Below are positions 21,230-35,700 of a stretch of 64,000 nucleotides of DNA, piece by piece. The DNA lies in the NCBI RefSeq assembly GCF_964355755.1, contig NC_092673.1, forward strand, positions 2,728,001 through 2,792,000. Reading direction: 5' to 3'. The position numbers and the translations under genes were made by a program. This DNA is from Antedon mediterranea. Its lineage: Eukaryota; Animalia; Echinodermata. The notes below the pieces were generated by a model. The model searched no databases. It was given only the letters and a program-made list of their open reading frames with translations, and was not told the origin of the DNA. Numbering within the stretch: the stretch's first letter is position 1; each line of letters opens with the position of its first letter.

Positions 21230-24200
21230 ATGGCTTCAGCAGCGATACGTTCAGATGAAATGGTTAAAGACTACTTAATTTTTCGGGGCCTAACAAACAC
21301 ATTAAGAACGTTTGAAGCAGAATTAAAAGTGGATAAAGATAAGGGTTTCCGAGTATGTGTATAGTATGGTGATATTTTATTTCTGACCTAGCTAGGCTAT
21401 CTCTACCTCATCTAGGCTAGGCGTCTCGAGTCTAGGAGATAGCTAATACAGGGCCACCAGGCGCTCAGAGATACCCGCGTGTAGGGGAAGTACCCTACTA
21501 TAGCTAGGACCTAGGCATAGTGTATGCAAGATAAGCCCTGGCACGCTAGGCTAGCTAGTTTATTAGTATTTTTATATTTTTGTCTATGTTTGATGTTTAT
21601 TCGTATTTTTATAAGATCTTGTATTTTTGTATTTATGACTTTTTATATGTATATTTATACGCCGTGGCTAAAGATACGGTACCGTATTCTAACTTCTGTT
21701 TACTAAAGGTACGGTAAAATTGCATTACGTCATAACCAGCCAATGGGGTGCTGGTACATGTGTGACGTCATCGTATAAGACTTAGGATTTTTTTCATATC
21801 GCGAAAACAGTGATCAACCGCATTTTCTTTATGCTTCATTTATCGCCGTCGTGTGTGACAAAAACTAAATGTAGCCTACGTCTGTTATTATTATTATTAT
21901 TGAAAAGCCAAAACATGTCGGATTTTAATTCTAGAATACAAAAAACCGTTTGAAAAGAGGCCTAGGCCTACGTACCATAACCTCATTATGAGTTTGTTTG
22001 TGTAGGGAAAGCGATGCCAGGCTGGGGCCAGCCGCGTGTGTGCGCTGATTTCTGTGACTCAGACCTGGGGCTACTGTCTAAAAATCATAGTATTTGAGGA
22101 CCCCTTTATTGTCCGCATTTGCTTGTTGTTTATGGTCACCATTGTAAACAAAGTTTAATAAAAAATATAGGCATAAAGGCCATTTGGAATAAAAATAAAA
22201 CCCTCATCAGCGCACACATCCATGCAGCCTGGCGCCGCCGACAGGAATTCTCTACATACAACACAACAGACGCGATATGAAAAAGAATAGTCCTTATACG
22301 ATGACGTCACACACGTACCAGCACCCCATTGGCTGATTATGACGTAATGCAATTTTACCGTACCTTTAGTAAACAGAAGTTAGAATACGGTACCGTATCT
22401 TTAGCCACAGCGATATTTATAATTAATTGTTGAGAGCTTGTCAACGAAACAAAATTTCCTTTCGGGCCAATAAATTTCTGTATTCTGTATTAATATATTA
22501 ATTAATTATTTTCTAATAATAAGTAAGACCTAGGCCTATTAAATGGAGGTATTATACCTCCATGTTATCAGTATCAACATGATTGACTACGCGCACGCGT
22601 GCCGTAATATTTAGTAAATTAAAAGGTAGAGTTTCTCGGCAGCAGAGTATATTACTGTTTTATGGACCTGGTCTTACCACCTGATAAAAAGTAAAATGAT
22701 ACATAATATTATTATTTATCTTCATATATGATTATGATCTGAATGAATGAATTTACCCAAAATGTGTTTGCAGAACAGCAATTTAACAGCATTTAGATCA
22801 TGGTGGTATAAAATTAGATACCTCCATGTTTGGACAACAATCTATTGAAATATGACTTTTACTTTTTTTTAAAATCAGAGTAACCGGATAGTAGATCAAC
22901 TTTTTACCTTCATCAACATGTATGACTTGATGGGCTTACGCAGCTATTGGGATCACCTGGATAGGAGGTTGTTCAGTCGATTAGAATCCACCTACAGTTC
23001 TAATGTCAAACGTCTTCAAATTAGTGTCCTGAGGTTTGTGAATTAAATTTTGTACTAGCATTAGTACCCATCTTCGACGAATGGGAGCTGATTAAAAGAT
23101 TTCAACCGAGAAAACTAAAATTATAAGTAAAAAGAGTTGCAATTGAAATCTCATTTTCTATTTTAAAATCCATTGATACACATAGGATTGAAATAAAGTT
23201 TAACATAACATTATGTCTGGTACACTTATTATAAGTAGGCTCTATGCAATTTTACACTGTCTGTAAAATGCATTTTAACCAAATCTAAATACAGAACATT
23301 TTACACTATATTTTATATACACTTGCAAGTTTTAGGTACCGTCCATAATCTGAAGTTTGAAATGCAAGTTCACCGTTATTATTTTTGTATTGTGTAAACA
23401 TTAATAATGTATAAACATACAGGCCTACAAGCCTGAAAGGACAGATAAAGAGTTGAACCAGAACAAACACTTTCCAAAGTACCAACATTAAATACAGTAT
23501 TGCACCCTAAAAAGCACAGTGTACATCATCTAAAAATAGATGAAATATTGATGGCTGTAGCTACCGTTAAATGCATGCATAAATATTGTCAAAGCCAGAG
23601 ATACTGTACGATCAAAAGAGTGTTAAAATCCTCTATCTTTGGCAAGTCAAGATCAGTCTCCTAATGTTTATCTAAAGCTCTGTCTACACTATCAAACCAG
23701 TTTGACAAAAAAAAGTATGATGTGCCCAAATATGGTAGTGATATGCCCAAATATGGTGGCAATATGACATCATGTCTATATATATGGGCACATCACATTT
23801 TTTTGTCACATAAAGTTTGATACAGGTAGACAGAGCTTAATAGTATTTATTTTATTTAATCTCAGGTTATATTTAGTGAATGCTATACAGAACAGTAAGC
23901 AAGACAAAGTACTAGAATTTTTTGATAAATTGTCAAATGAACTACAAAATGCAATAGAATGGAAAGAATGGTTCAGTAAGTATTTTAAGATAAATTTGAT
24001 GAGAAATGGTTGAATTACAAATTATTAATATCTGTTGTATCATCATCATCTTATCAGCAACATTGTAAACATTACCTTCCCATAAACATTAATAAGCATT
24101 ATCAATATCATCATTAACATTACATTTATTATCAACAATATCACCACAGCACCTTTGTTGTACAATTAACTGCAATGTTAAAGATGTATTGTCCCCTTGA

Positions 24201-27200
24201 AATATATTTGTTTTTCACATTTTTGTTGTTGAATATGCCATTTTAATGTTCCATAATAGTTATTCACTTTGACCAAAAATTGGATGGGAAAAAACAATTA
24301 TTTACCTGAAAAATTTTTTTATTTAAAAGCAAAAAATAGTCATATTGGCTGCCAGTTAATTTTGGTTGAATTTAATGGTTTATTTGGTCATTTTATAAGT
24401 GGAAACATTTTTTCCTCGTTTTTTCCCTAAAAAATGGCCTATTAAATATCTGATTTTATTTATCTTCATTTTTCATGTTTTTGAGTGACAATACATTTTT
24501 AAATGAATATACTTTTCTTAATTGTTCCTTCAGTATTGCCATTTTTAAAGAACCCTGAACAACAACCATCGTTTGAACTCTACTTTTCCAAACAGTGGCA
24601 AGAAACGCTAACCATCTCACTACAAAACTTTCTGAGTGTTATATTTCAATCTATGCATATCCTTTGATAAACTAGTTATTTTGATTACACACGACACCAA
24701 ACGTTCAATACGGTACTGTAGTACCAAAAAATAATGTTATGTGCTCAAATATGGTAGTGATATTCCCAAATATGGTAGTGATATGACATCATCATGTCCA
24801 TATATGGGCACATCACATTTTTTTTGTCATATAACATTTGATAGTGTTGACAGAGCTTTATACATAGTTATCAAGTTCTTTAACATTTCATACCTCTTCC
24901 TACCCTGTTGAACTATGACCTAGAACAACAAAGGATGATAAAACTTCAAGAAGAAAACAGCAGACTAAGGAATCAGGTATGTGTGTTTTAAATTACAGTG
25001 TGTTATTTTGTTGTTGTGGTTGGAGAGTGTTATTGTTATTGTTATTTGGCTTGGGCCTGGAACACGATGTGTTTGAGATTAGTGCTGAAATGGAAAGCCA
25101 AATGTTTTTTCTTTCTTCAGCTTGCACAGAAAGAAAGAGAAATAATGCTATTACCATCTGCCGCCACAGCGAGTTCAACAGATGAAGCTACAGACGATTT
25201 TACCAACTTTAAAAGGTTTTTTTGATTTTTCATTTAAATATATTTTTCTAACGACAGTCATTTTAGTATTTATTTATAGATAGTCAAACTTATTTGATAA
25301 TGGTTGTGGTGTCCATTTCAATAGTTTCATGATTTACCTTCCCAGTACTTTTTACATATTGGTACATCTATATTAGTCTAGTCAAGGCATTCTAACAACA
25401 GGATGCTGAGCTCCGGAGATCAAAAGGTTTATCTGTGGCTGTGACAGGATCAGTTTCATGCCCCCACACAAAATATGTACATAGTACAGTACTGTGGTAT
25501 TTGTCGCAGCCAGACATAAGATCAAAGGACTGTTACGAGTTCCTATCTCAAGCTCAGTGTCCTGTTGTTAGATTGCCATTGTTTAGTTGTGTTATATTTC
25601 CATTATTTTTATGTCTTAAGCAGTAAATATAAGAAGTCATCGTCACCTCAGCTCGTTTGTAAACCTCCAACAACGACACAAGCAAACGCAGCCAAATCTC
25701 TACCTTCATCAATAATAAAATCAAGTGCAAAACAGACACCAGTCAAAAAAGAGGAGGATAACAATCTATTAAAGAATAAGAAAGTTGAGGGAGGGTCACA
25801 AGTCAGCAGAGAAATACCTACAGCTAGACAACAATCAAGTCAGGTATTTATTTTAAGTTCATTCCATTTCATCCATGTCTTTATTGGTAATTTGCCTTTT
25901 TTTAAGTATTTCTAAATTAAAGTTAGGTAACAGTAAATCGGAGAAGAATAATCTGTATGACAAAATGTTTTGGCACCAGATTCTAACTTACGGCCTCACA
26001 AATTGAGTATACAGCAGAGTCTATTTGTGCCTAGCTTACCTGGATAAACAGACAATAGCCCTTTTTCCTTAAAGAGCGAGATATAACTCGAAAAGTAGAA
26101 ATATTCATGAACACCTCTCTCCCAAATGGTATAGTCCATGACCTATGCCCTCATGTGAGAGCCTACCCACAAACCACCATCATCATTTCTTTTTGAGACA
26201 TACATACATTTTTTAATTTTCAGTTTACCTCAAATTCGTCAACAAAAGAAAAACATGTTCAGCAAAAACAAGTGTATCAGAAACAAAGGCAACAGTTGCT
26301 TTCAAAAGCACCAGAAACACTAGTTAAAGAGACACTAGAGAACACAAAAATACAAGAGAACACAAAAACACAAGAAAGTGTTAAACATCAGGAAAGTCCT
26401 AAACATCAAGCGAGTACGACAGATACACAGCAGCAGGCAGCAACAGAAACTAAAGTTGCTGCTATTAATATCTCCCAAGGTAAGCTGTTATTTTAGAATG
26501 AATGTCATCTTTTCTCCGTATGAGAATGTCATAGAAAATCATCAGTTTTTTTGCAAGTTGCATTTGTTTTTAACAAATGTTTGTCTGCATTTTGTATTTA
26601 CCAATGACCAGAATAGTTTCCCATTGTGATAACAAAATTGATTTTTCTTGAATTTGAAATTTTGAATTTTAAACTGTTGCCAACTCACAAATATGAGTGT
26701 TTGCAATAAGAGGCTAATCTTGGATCTGAGCCCCAACAACCTTTCCAAAGTGCATACCATCTTACTGTAGTTTATGGAACTAATTGGAGTAAAAAAATTA
26801 ATGAAATTTTTCCTTTTTTCCCCATAGAAACTGAAATTGATAAAGGACATGCATCAACAGATGGTGGAGGAGGCAAGTAAAATGTTGAATTATTTTTGTA
26901 CAAATGAGTTGGTAAAGCGTTTGTAAAAAGAAAAAAAAACCAACCCAGTAATAACTTATCAAACAACATTAAGGTGCCCTTATGTCGACGTGGAACCCAA
27001 CTCAACTGTGTTGACATAAGTGCTCAACTTAATGCAACTGACCACAAATGACAGGCACACAAAAAATGTTGACATAAGCTTAGTTACTTTCATGCCCCTG
27101 TTTTATTTTTTTTCCAGGAATTGAAAGGAACTGAAAACTTTGAATTGAGTCACGCGTGTGGTACGGGTCACCGCGGACCAGTAGGGATCAGTTTGATATT

Positions 27201-30200
27201 ACTGTAGCGCTTGCGCATACTGGTTCCTTCACAACTATGAATCGCGTCGTGCGCACCGTAAGGTAGCAACGACTAGTTCCAGTGCTGACATAAGCACTCG
27301 CACACTGGTTCCTTTCAGTTCCGTTCAGTTGATCAAAATGTCAACATAAGCACTCTTGCGCAACTAGTTACTTTGAGTTGAGTTCCATGTCGACATAAGG
27401 GCCCCATTAGTTTCTAATAATATGAAGTGCTTATAATGTGATTGTTGTCTTGTTTCTTAGTTCCAGCATATAGCAATGAACAACCATTCCTAGTACTTAG
27501 TCAAGATGAGTATATTGAACACCACTCAGCTATTACTACCTGCAAGTTTTCCTCATCCGTTTCAATGGTAGCAAGTGCTGATATTGATGGTGTAGTCAAG
27601 TAAGTATGGACCAATTGAATTGAAAACACAGGGAACAAACTACCCATATATTAAAAATACACAATGTATAGACTACATTATATTACTAAAGCTCTGTCTA
27701 CACTATCAAACAGGTTTGACAAGTGTGATGTACCCAAGTATGGTAGTGATATGCCCAAATATGGTAGTGATATGACATCATGTTCATATATGGGTACATC
27801 ACATTTTTTGTCACAGTGTAGACAAGGCTTTAGATGTCCTCTAATTGGAGCCACTGAAGTATTCCTAAAATGTCAGCTCCTTGTCAAAATCAATTTATAG
27901 ACTGTATCTTGTTTTAAAAAATTTCATTTTTAACTTTCATGTGATGAACGATTATAACATCTTATCATGATAATGAATTTGTAACCCTGTTATATCTGCA
28001 AATTACACAAGCAATAACAATTTCTTAATCTTGTTGATATAAAGTTTGCAGCACACCATGTATATATAGTTTTGAAAAGAACTGTTGAGAGAGAAACTCA
28101 ACAGTTCTTTTCAGAAATACGTGGTGTACTGCAAACTTTATATCAGCATTTGATTTTGCTATGCAAACCTTCAAACAATATATTTCTTAATCTTCTTTAA
28201 AATATTTATTTGGTCACCAATGAATAATAACCAGAAGTGAGAACCCCAAATGACCGCTTTATGATACGTGAATTGTTTTATCTTGCAGAGTTTGGCGTTT
28301 TTCGCCCTCTCCTGCTACTGTGGCAACAATCATGTCTAAAAGTCCATTACTATCATTAGAATGGGCTTCAAAAACAGATAGACTTGTAAATATGCCTTAG
28401 TATATTTCATTTCTTTTATATCAAACTGTTTTTATGTATTCATTATTTAAAGATGCCATTGTGAATCGTTTTAGGTTTATTCTTTCCCAATTTATCTGTT
28501 ATTAGTTGTTACTGGGAAGTTGTAGTGGTGCTGTTAAACTATTTGACACAACATCTAAGCGGACATTGTGTGAGGCTGAGACTGATCCACTATATCCAAG
28601 GTATTTATGCCCATTTGGCATTTCATACCTTGTCATATTATATAATATAGTTAATAAACTATTTTCCAGCATGTTCTTAGTTCCAATTGGACATTGTATG
28701 TGGCCGAGACTGATCCACTATATCCAAGGTATTTATGCCTATTTGGCATTTCATCATAATACAGAATTATATAATATATAGTTAATAAACTATTTTCCAT
28801 GTTCTTTGCAGGATACAGTCACTAACATGTAGCCCGAATGATAGTGCGTTTGTTTGTTCAGCTTCTCGGAATCCTAATGATGTTATGTCTCCTGATATTT
28901 CATCTTACCCTGAGAGCAAGCTGATGGTGTGGGACATGAAATTAATGAAATTACAGGTAACGTGATGTTAATGACCTTGACTGATGAACATCCCCCCCCC
29001 CCCCCCCACCCAAAGAGAGGATTCCTGGGTTTTCCTCTTGAAAAACACAATTCTAGGAATTACAATGATTGTAAATCATGTAACATCTAAGTAGATCCTT
29101 GTCATTTGATTGGAGGATTATGGGTCACATGATACTTAATAGATACTCCATTGAATATTCCAGTGAATCTTTATTTCGTACTGTCAAATTTTGTTTTCAT
29201 GTAGAAAGAGCTCCCTCTGTTGGCTAATTCTGGCTGCATCAATTGTTGTTCGTATAACCATAATGGTCATCTGTTAATTACTGGCTTTTCAGATGGAAAG
29301 ATCAGAATATTTGGTGAGCATTTTATTTAACCTTTATTTTAAACCTTTTATTTAAAGTTTACATAATTAACAGGTAACTTAAAGATGTATTGTCCCTTGA
29401 AACACAAAAAAATGAAGGTCAAAATATTCTAAATTTAAAGTGGCCATATCAAAGTAATATTAAAGTTATTCACTTTAAGTCGAAAATTCGAGCCAAAAAC
29501 AACAAGTTTACGTAATTAACAGGTAAATTAGTTTAATTACATTTCATCTGGAAAATCGTCACGAGCAAAAGTAAACAAAGATTTCAAACCATGAGTACGC
29601 ATTATGCATATGCTAAATTAGGATTGTTTACAACTCGTCACGGTTAAGAAGGTATTTTCACACAGATCATGAGGAAGTTTTATGATTATGCATACAGAGT
29701 AGCCAAACAAGTGCGTTTCATTATGGGATATGTTTTGATTGAAAACTTTGACTGGAAGTCAAAGTTATTTTTTTAACAAAAAAACGTCTGTATTTCAGTT
29801 AAATTTTTTTTTTTTCGAAAAAGTTTTGGTGATAGTTAATAACTATTATGATACTTCAAAATGACCCACCTTTTTTCGAAATCTTTTATTTTTTATTTTT
29901 TTGGAATTAGTCAAAGGGACAATACATCTTTAATTTGATTACATTTCATCTGGAAAATCGTCCCGAGCGGAAGTAAACAAAGATTTCAAACCACGAGTAT
30001 GCATTATGCATGATGCTAATTAGGATTGTTTACAACTCGTCACAGTTGAGAAGGTGGTGTTTTCACACAGATCGCGAGAAAGTTTGTGATTATGCATACA
30101 GAGTAGCCAAACAAGCATGTTGCATATGAGATACGTTTTTGATCGAAAACTTTGACTGGAAGTAAAAAAAAACAAAAAAAACGTCTGTATATTAGTTAAA

Positions 30201-31335
30201 TGATTTGTTTTTTTACTAATTGTTGGTGAAAGTTAAAAACTATTATGATACTTCAAAATGACCCACTTTTTTTCGAAATATTTTTGTTAAATTGTTTTGG
30301 AATTAGTCAAAGGGACAATACATCTTTAATATTTCATGCATTGATATGATGACACAGTTCTATACAGAACATATTCCATAATAACTCCCGTATTAATTAC
30401 AGTATTGTATCTATATGTTTCATGGAACGTGTAATATTTTTATTTAGATATGCAGCGGTATGAAAGTCTTTTAAGCTGGAAAGCCCACAGTGGTCAGGTA
30501 TTCTCTGCACAATTTAGTCCGGATGAGAACTCTGTGTACAGCATGGGGGAAGATGGCAAAGTAAGATTAGTATCTTATCAATTAAAAAACAAGTTTGACA
30601 AAGAAAATGTGATGTGCCCAAATATGGTAGTGGTATGCCTAAATATGGTAGTGATATGACATCATCATGTCCATATATGGGCACATCACAGAGCTGAACA
30701 GTACTGTAATTATAAGAAAGAGAAAGATGTACGTTGATATATTTCTCCTTCTAATTTTGTTTAAACTGAAATTAATAATTTTACTAATTTACAGTTTTGT
30801 CAATGGAGTATCCAGCAGGTTGGTCAAAAGATAAACGAATTACCAATACACAATGGTGCAACAGGCCCCTTTGTAGTGTCTGGATATGGAGGCTACAAAC
30901 AGGAGCAAATTCCTTGTGGGAAGTTGTTTGCGTTTGACCCCAGTGGAGGTCATGTGATGACATGTGCAATGAATGGATCTCTAGTATACAAGGTAGGTAT
31001 TATTAATACTTTGATAAAGTAATTAATATAAAGAATATCTTTATCATCACATTTTATGAGAAACATAGAAAGAAAATATAAGTAATATATATAGTAATAT
31101 TAGAGATTAATTCAATTAAGATTGTGTATTTATTGGTGAGATTGTTGATTATTTTTTTTAATGTTTTATTTATCATTTATAGGTTGATGATGATAGGTTT
31201 GAATCTACTCTTACAATCCTAGGCCACAAGACGCCAGTAGTGAGTGTAGACTGGGGTAGTACGATGAACACTGGCATGTGCTTAACAGGGTCAATGGATG
31301 GACGTTTAAGGGTCACTATGCTATTAACCCACTAG
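21230..31335 (+). CDS. WDR91: WD repeat-containing protein 91. Exons 21230-21352, 22879-23033, 23866-23975, 24534-24656, 24894-24976, 25121-25215, 25624-25843, 26224-26479, 27461-27599, 28289-28385, 28506-28600, 28812-28956, 29205-29313, 30448-30560, 30795-30992, 31183-31335
   Basis: N-terminus [73 protein letters not shown] and C-terminal WD40 repeats match my recollection of vertebrate WDR91. Low-complexity exons 6-8 are less certain. Confidence 0.9.
21660..22412. mobile_element. Mutator-like (MULE) non-autonomous element in WDR91 intron 1
   Basis: ~125-bp TIRs (CGCCGTGGCTAAAGATACGGTACCG...); 9-bp TSD ATATTTATA at 21651-21659 and 22413-22421. Confidence 0.85.
24657..24893 (+). other. U12-type (minor spliceosome) AT-AC intron in WDR91
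   Basis: 5' ATATCCTTT, branch TTCTTTAAC (24876-24884) and terminal AC. Splicing restores [12 protein letters not shown], homologous to vertebrate QCMPVPVILNFD. Confidence 0.92.
26971..27406. mobile_element. MITE with GCCCTTATGTCGAC terminal inverted repeats in a WDR91 intron
   Basis: AGGTGCCCTTATGTCGACGTGGAAC...GTTCCATGTCGACATAAGGGCCCC; internal GACATAAG repeats; TTA flanks. Confidence 0.6.
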
Positions 31336-31798
31336 AATCCCTGTAGGCCACAAGACGCCAGTAGTGAGTGTAGACTGGGGTAGTACGATGAACACTGGCA
31401 TGTGCTTAACAGGGTCAATGGATGGACGTTTAAGGGTCACTATGCTATTAACCCACTAGAATCCCTGTAGGCCACAAGACGCCAGTAGTGAGTGTAGACT
31501 GGGGTAGTACGATGAACACTGGCATGTGTTTAACAGGGTCAATGGATGGACGTTTAAGGGTCACTATGCTATTAACCCACTAGAATCCCTGTAGGTCACA
31601 AGAAGCCAGTAGTGAGTGTAGACTGGGGTAGTACGATGAACACTGGCATGTGCTTAACAGGGTCAATGGATGGACGTTTAAGGGTCACTATGCTATTAAC
31701 CCACTAGAATCCCTGTAGGTCACAAGACGCCAGTAGTGAGTGTAGACTGGGGTAGTACGATGAACACTGGCATGTGCTTAACAGGGTCAATGGATGGA
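31220..31798 (+). repeat. 124-bp tandem repeat of the WDR91 terminal coding segment including its stop codon (~4.7 copies); another partial copy at 43280-43395
   Basis: Units start at 31220, 31344, 31468, 31592 and 31716. Confidence 0.95.
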
Positions 31799-32727
31799 AT
31801 TGTACATCGGAGTTTAGGCGTTTAAAAAACATGGCTCTCACTTTCCATAGAATACTGTACATATTCTCTCCCCTATCTCATTCTTAATGAGTGGTTCCCA
31901 CTAGAGACGCAACACAAGGACGTAACGCAACGTAAGTGAGTTGACCAATCACAAGCGATGGATTATTCGAACTGTTGCTTGTCATTGGTCAACACACTTA
32001 CATTGCGTTTACGTCCTTGCGTCCTAGTGGGAACCAAGCTTAAAAAAAACAATGTTCAGTGCCATGCACTATGTGCTGAAATACATTCCATATGATAACA
32101 CTTTTCGCAGCTGTTGGTGTATAGAGTTCACCAGTTAAAATAAAATTTGAAGAAACCATTGGTTTGTTAAAGCATGGGTTAAAGAAACATCCACCCAGGC
32201 ATTTTTTTAAACACCCCATCCTTATTGTACGACCGTGTTCTCTCATTCCAAAATAAATGTTTACTGCTCTCTATATACTTAATATTCTTACATAATTGTG
32301 TTACACATATTGTGTACATCAATTGGTTTCAATGACTATATATTTTATAATAACAGTTATAATTATGTATAACTTGAAGAGATATCAGAATAAAGTACTG
32401 TATAATTTAATATATGAAGTAAATTTGGTGGTGAAATTTGTTTTATGTGTGTGTGTTTGTGTACACTATTTCTAGTGTAAAATCTTGTATCCCTATTGAG
32501 CTACCAGTGTTTGTACAACGTCACTAACATGTTGTACCAGCAGTAAGTTTATTCATGAATTGTCTGTTTTATTATATTACAAATTACACAGTGTGATATG
32601 ATAGTTAAAGTTGCTGGTTGTTGGGGACATTGCTAATTAAAAAACAAATGCATAGACTAACTACGACAACACTCCGGGTGTAGTCAATTATATACTTTAG
32701 CCGGGACACAGTAGGACATCTTTAACC

Positions 32728-35700
32728 ATGGTACATCAAGTATTTAGTTTACTTGTAGCCTTAATATGTATAATGTGCATAGGATCTGGGAGTACAACTA
32801 AACGGCTTGCTCCCCTATACTCAAGCTTAAATCATCGTCGGGTGGAAAACCAATATATTGTGAAGTTACAGGTAAGAACAATTCATTAATAATATGTAGC
32901 ATTTGTTGTACATTTATATGCAGATCTACATATTGTGTAGCTTCCTATCAGAGTGAAATTCATTTTCAAACACATGCTTCTTGTGATTCTATATATAATG
33001 CAGTTTGTAGTAAGTAAAAGCAAGGCAATCTAACAGCAGGACACTGGGCTCGCCTTGCCAAGATAGGAACTTGTAACAGTCCTTTGATCTTATGTCTGGC
33101 TGCAACAAATACCAACAGTATTGTACTATGTACTATGTACATACTTCGAACATGCGCGGTGTCTGGTAAGGGGTGTGGAACTGATCATGTGGAGCCACAG
33201 ATACCCCTTTCATCTCCGGAGCTCAGCATCCTGTTGGATGGCCTTGATAAAAGGATAGGTCTATGGTACTCACAGTCAAGTGGATATGTTATTAAACGTA
33301 ATGGAGGCATGAAATATAAGCAAAACTAAAAAATCAATCATTGGATCGTTAAATTTATTATAGGCCTAGCATAGTTTTGACAAAGAAATTGCCCAATGTA
33401 TCAAGAAATATATTACAAATATACGTGACACAGCAATACCAGCTTTTGACACTATTCATCAGTCTCAAAATTATTATATATTGAATAAATGACTAGTATT
33501 CATATATCATCTTATTCTAATGGTTTTCCTTCATATTAATTAATTTAATTCGACTAGTAATTTGTTAGCCAACCAGCTTGTTTGGTAATGAGATTCCATC
33601 CTTGCCTTTCTGGTTTTGTTATTCATGTTCAGTTTGTGTTGCAGGTAGATGGTATGACTGATATGAATCCAATTAAGATTATTATTATAATAATGAATAC
33701 ACAATTACTAATAAATTATATCATGTGTGTGTTATTACAATCAACTTTCCCAATACCGGATTGTCTGAAAACTGGAAACTCTCCCAAAACCAAACTTTTT
33801 TTAGGTCTAAAATGTCCTAAATTAACTTTTACCATTAGAAAGCAGTGGCGTATCCAGTAGGGGGGCCGGGGGGGCCCGGGCCCCCCTGATTTCGTTTCCG
33901 TCGGCACATCATCGCGGCCGTCGGCAAACAAAGGTGCCGGGGAAAAAATAAACTATTTATTCTGACAATATTTGAACTGTAAACATAATTCTTTTGAGTG
34001 TTTGTTTATTTACATATCATATCATCATTGATCCCTTCAGATCAAATATTTTTTATTTTCATTACATCTAACGAAACACGTAAAAAATGTGTAGCACGTA
34101 GGCTACGTACGGCCGTACGCGGTAGATTGTTTACTCAAAAGTCTTTGACCTTACCCTAAAACCTTGTTTTTGCATGCAGTTGAGCCTCTTATGACCTGGG
34201 ATTTGTATGTCTTCCTACGCTAAGAGATTATAGTTCCACATGCCATGTGCTTTTTTGTCTAAGATATATTTGTTATAAGTGCCAAAAACCCGTTTTTTTT
34301 TTCTCGATATGAGGCCTTTATTATTCAAAATTTTTAAAGAAAAAGCACATATACCATAAAAAATATCCATGTATTTCATTTTTGGAACAGAATATTCCGT
34401 GAGGCTCAACTACAAAACCACCATTTTGTGATATTATGTCATCGTAAGCCAATCAAAGCTGAGCTTTCTCGGGATTGGCATTGCTCACGGTTGAATGATT
34501 TAGGATTTTAGCTGATTTGATTGGTGGATGCGAATCACCCGCAGCGGAATGTTTTCTCTCGCGCGTGTACCATGAATCTCTCTGATCAAAGTTAGAGCAA
34601 TGAATTTGTCCGAATTCCGTTAAGTAAACAACTTTATATATTTGATAAGCATTTAATAACATGTTTTATTGATATTTCCAATGGTGATATATAAAATAAA
34701 TTACTAAAAACGTAATTGTATGTAATTATTTTAACCAAAAATGGCGTAGTTAATAGAATTGTCGACTGAGGCCGCAAATTGTTTTACTTCTTTCGTGGCT
34801 AAAAACGATCATTTTCGGCGATGTTTTAGACCCAATATTTCGAAAACTACAAATCAGATTTTCCTAATTCTTTCTTTATTGTAATATGAATACAACATAG
34901 GCCTACTAACAGATTATGTTGGTTTGGTTTTAATTTTGCATCGTTATCCCATATAAGACAATATGACTATGTAATCCTAGAACATATTGATCAGAGACGT
35001 CGTGTATGTACAGATAATGACACCAATTTTGTCGGCAAATTGGCAATTCCCGGCCCCCCCAACTTCAAAATCCTGGATACGCCACTGTTAGAAAGACATT
35101 CCAAATACAAGACTTTTCAGAAAAGGTGTCTGGTATTGGGAGAGTTGACTGTATATCATTTCCTATTTTTATCATTTATATAGAATAACGTTGATGCAGA
35201 GATTTTCCTAAACAATGTAAAATCAATATTCAAGGCACTGCGCTACAACGACTGTCAAATCTCATTGAGTTATAATACGATTTTTAAAGGATTTCTTGCT
35301 AACATGAATTCTGATGCTCTTAAGATGGTAGGTACAGTCTACAAATTATCATGCTCTATTAACGTGATCAACCACTTCCTCTTTCATGATGTTATAGCCG
35401 TAGAAACATCTCATAGTAAACTCAGAGAGTTGTAAACTTATTTTAAAACTCTCTGGTAAAAAAGTAACTCTTAATTCTTAACAATGTATAATCTGTCTGT
35501 TGCTTGCTTTAAAAGTATACTTTAATTTTGGAAACTGTACGCAAAACATTGGATACACTTCTTGACATGATATTGCAGGTACGAGAACTCACGTTGGTCG
35601 CTCATGTTGAGGTGGACAGTGAGTTTTCAATTTCAAACGTGGCATCTTGGGGACTGGATCGCATTGATCAGCGTAACCTACCACTTGATAATCAATATAC

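Noticed and set aside
32040-32246. Duplicated small Cys-rich ORF (also at 47499-47705)
   Set aside because: Its conservation is explained by the recent segmental duplication; it lies antisense in the likely WDR91 3'UTR and has no recognisable domain.
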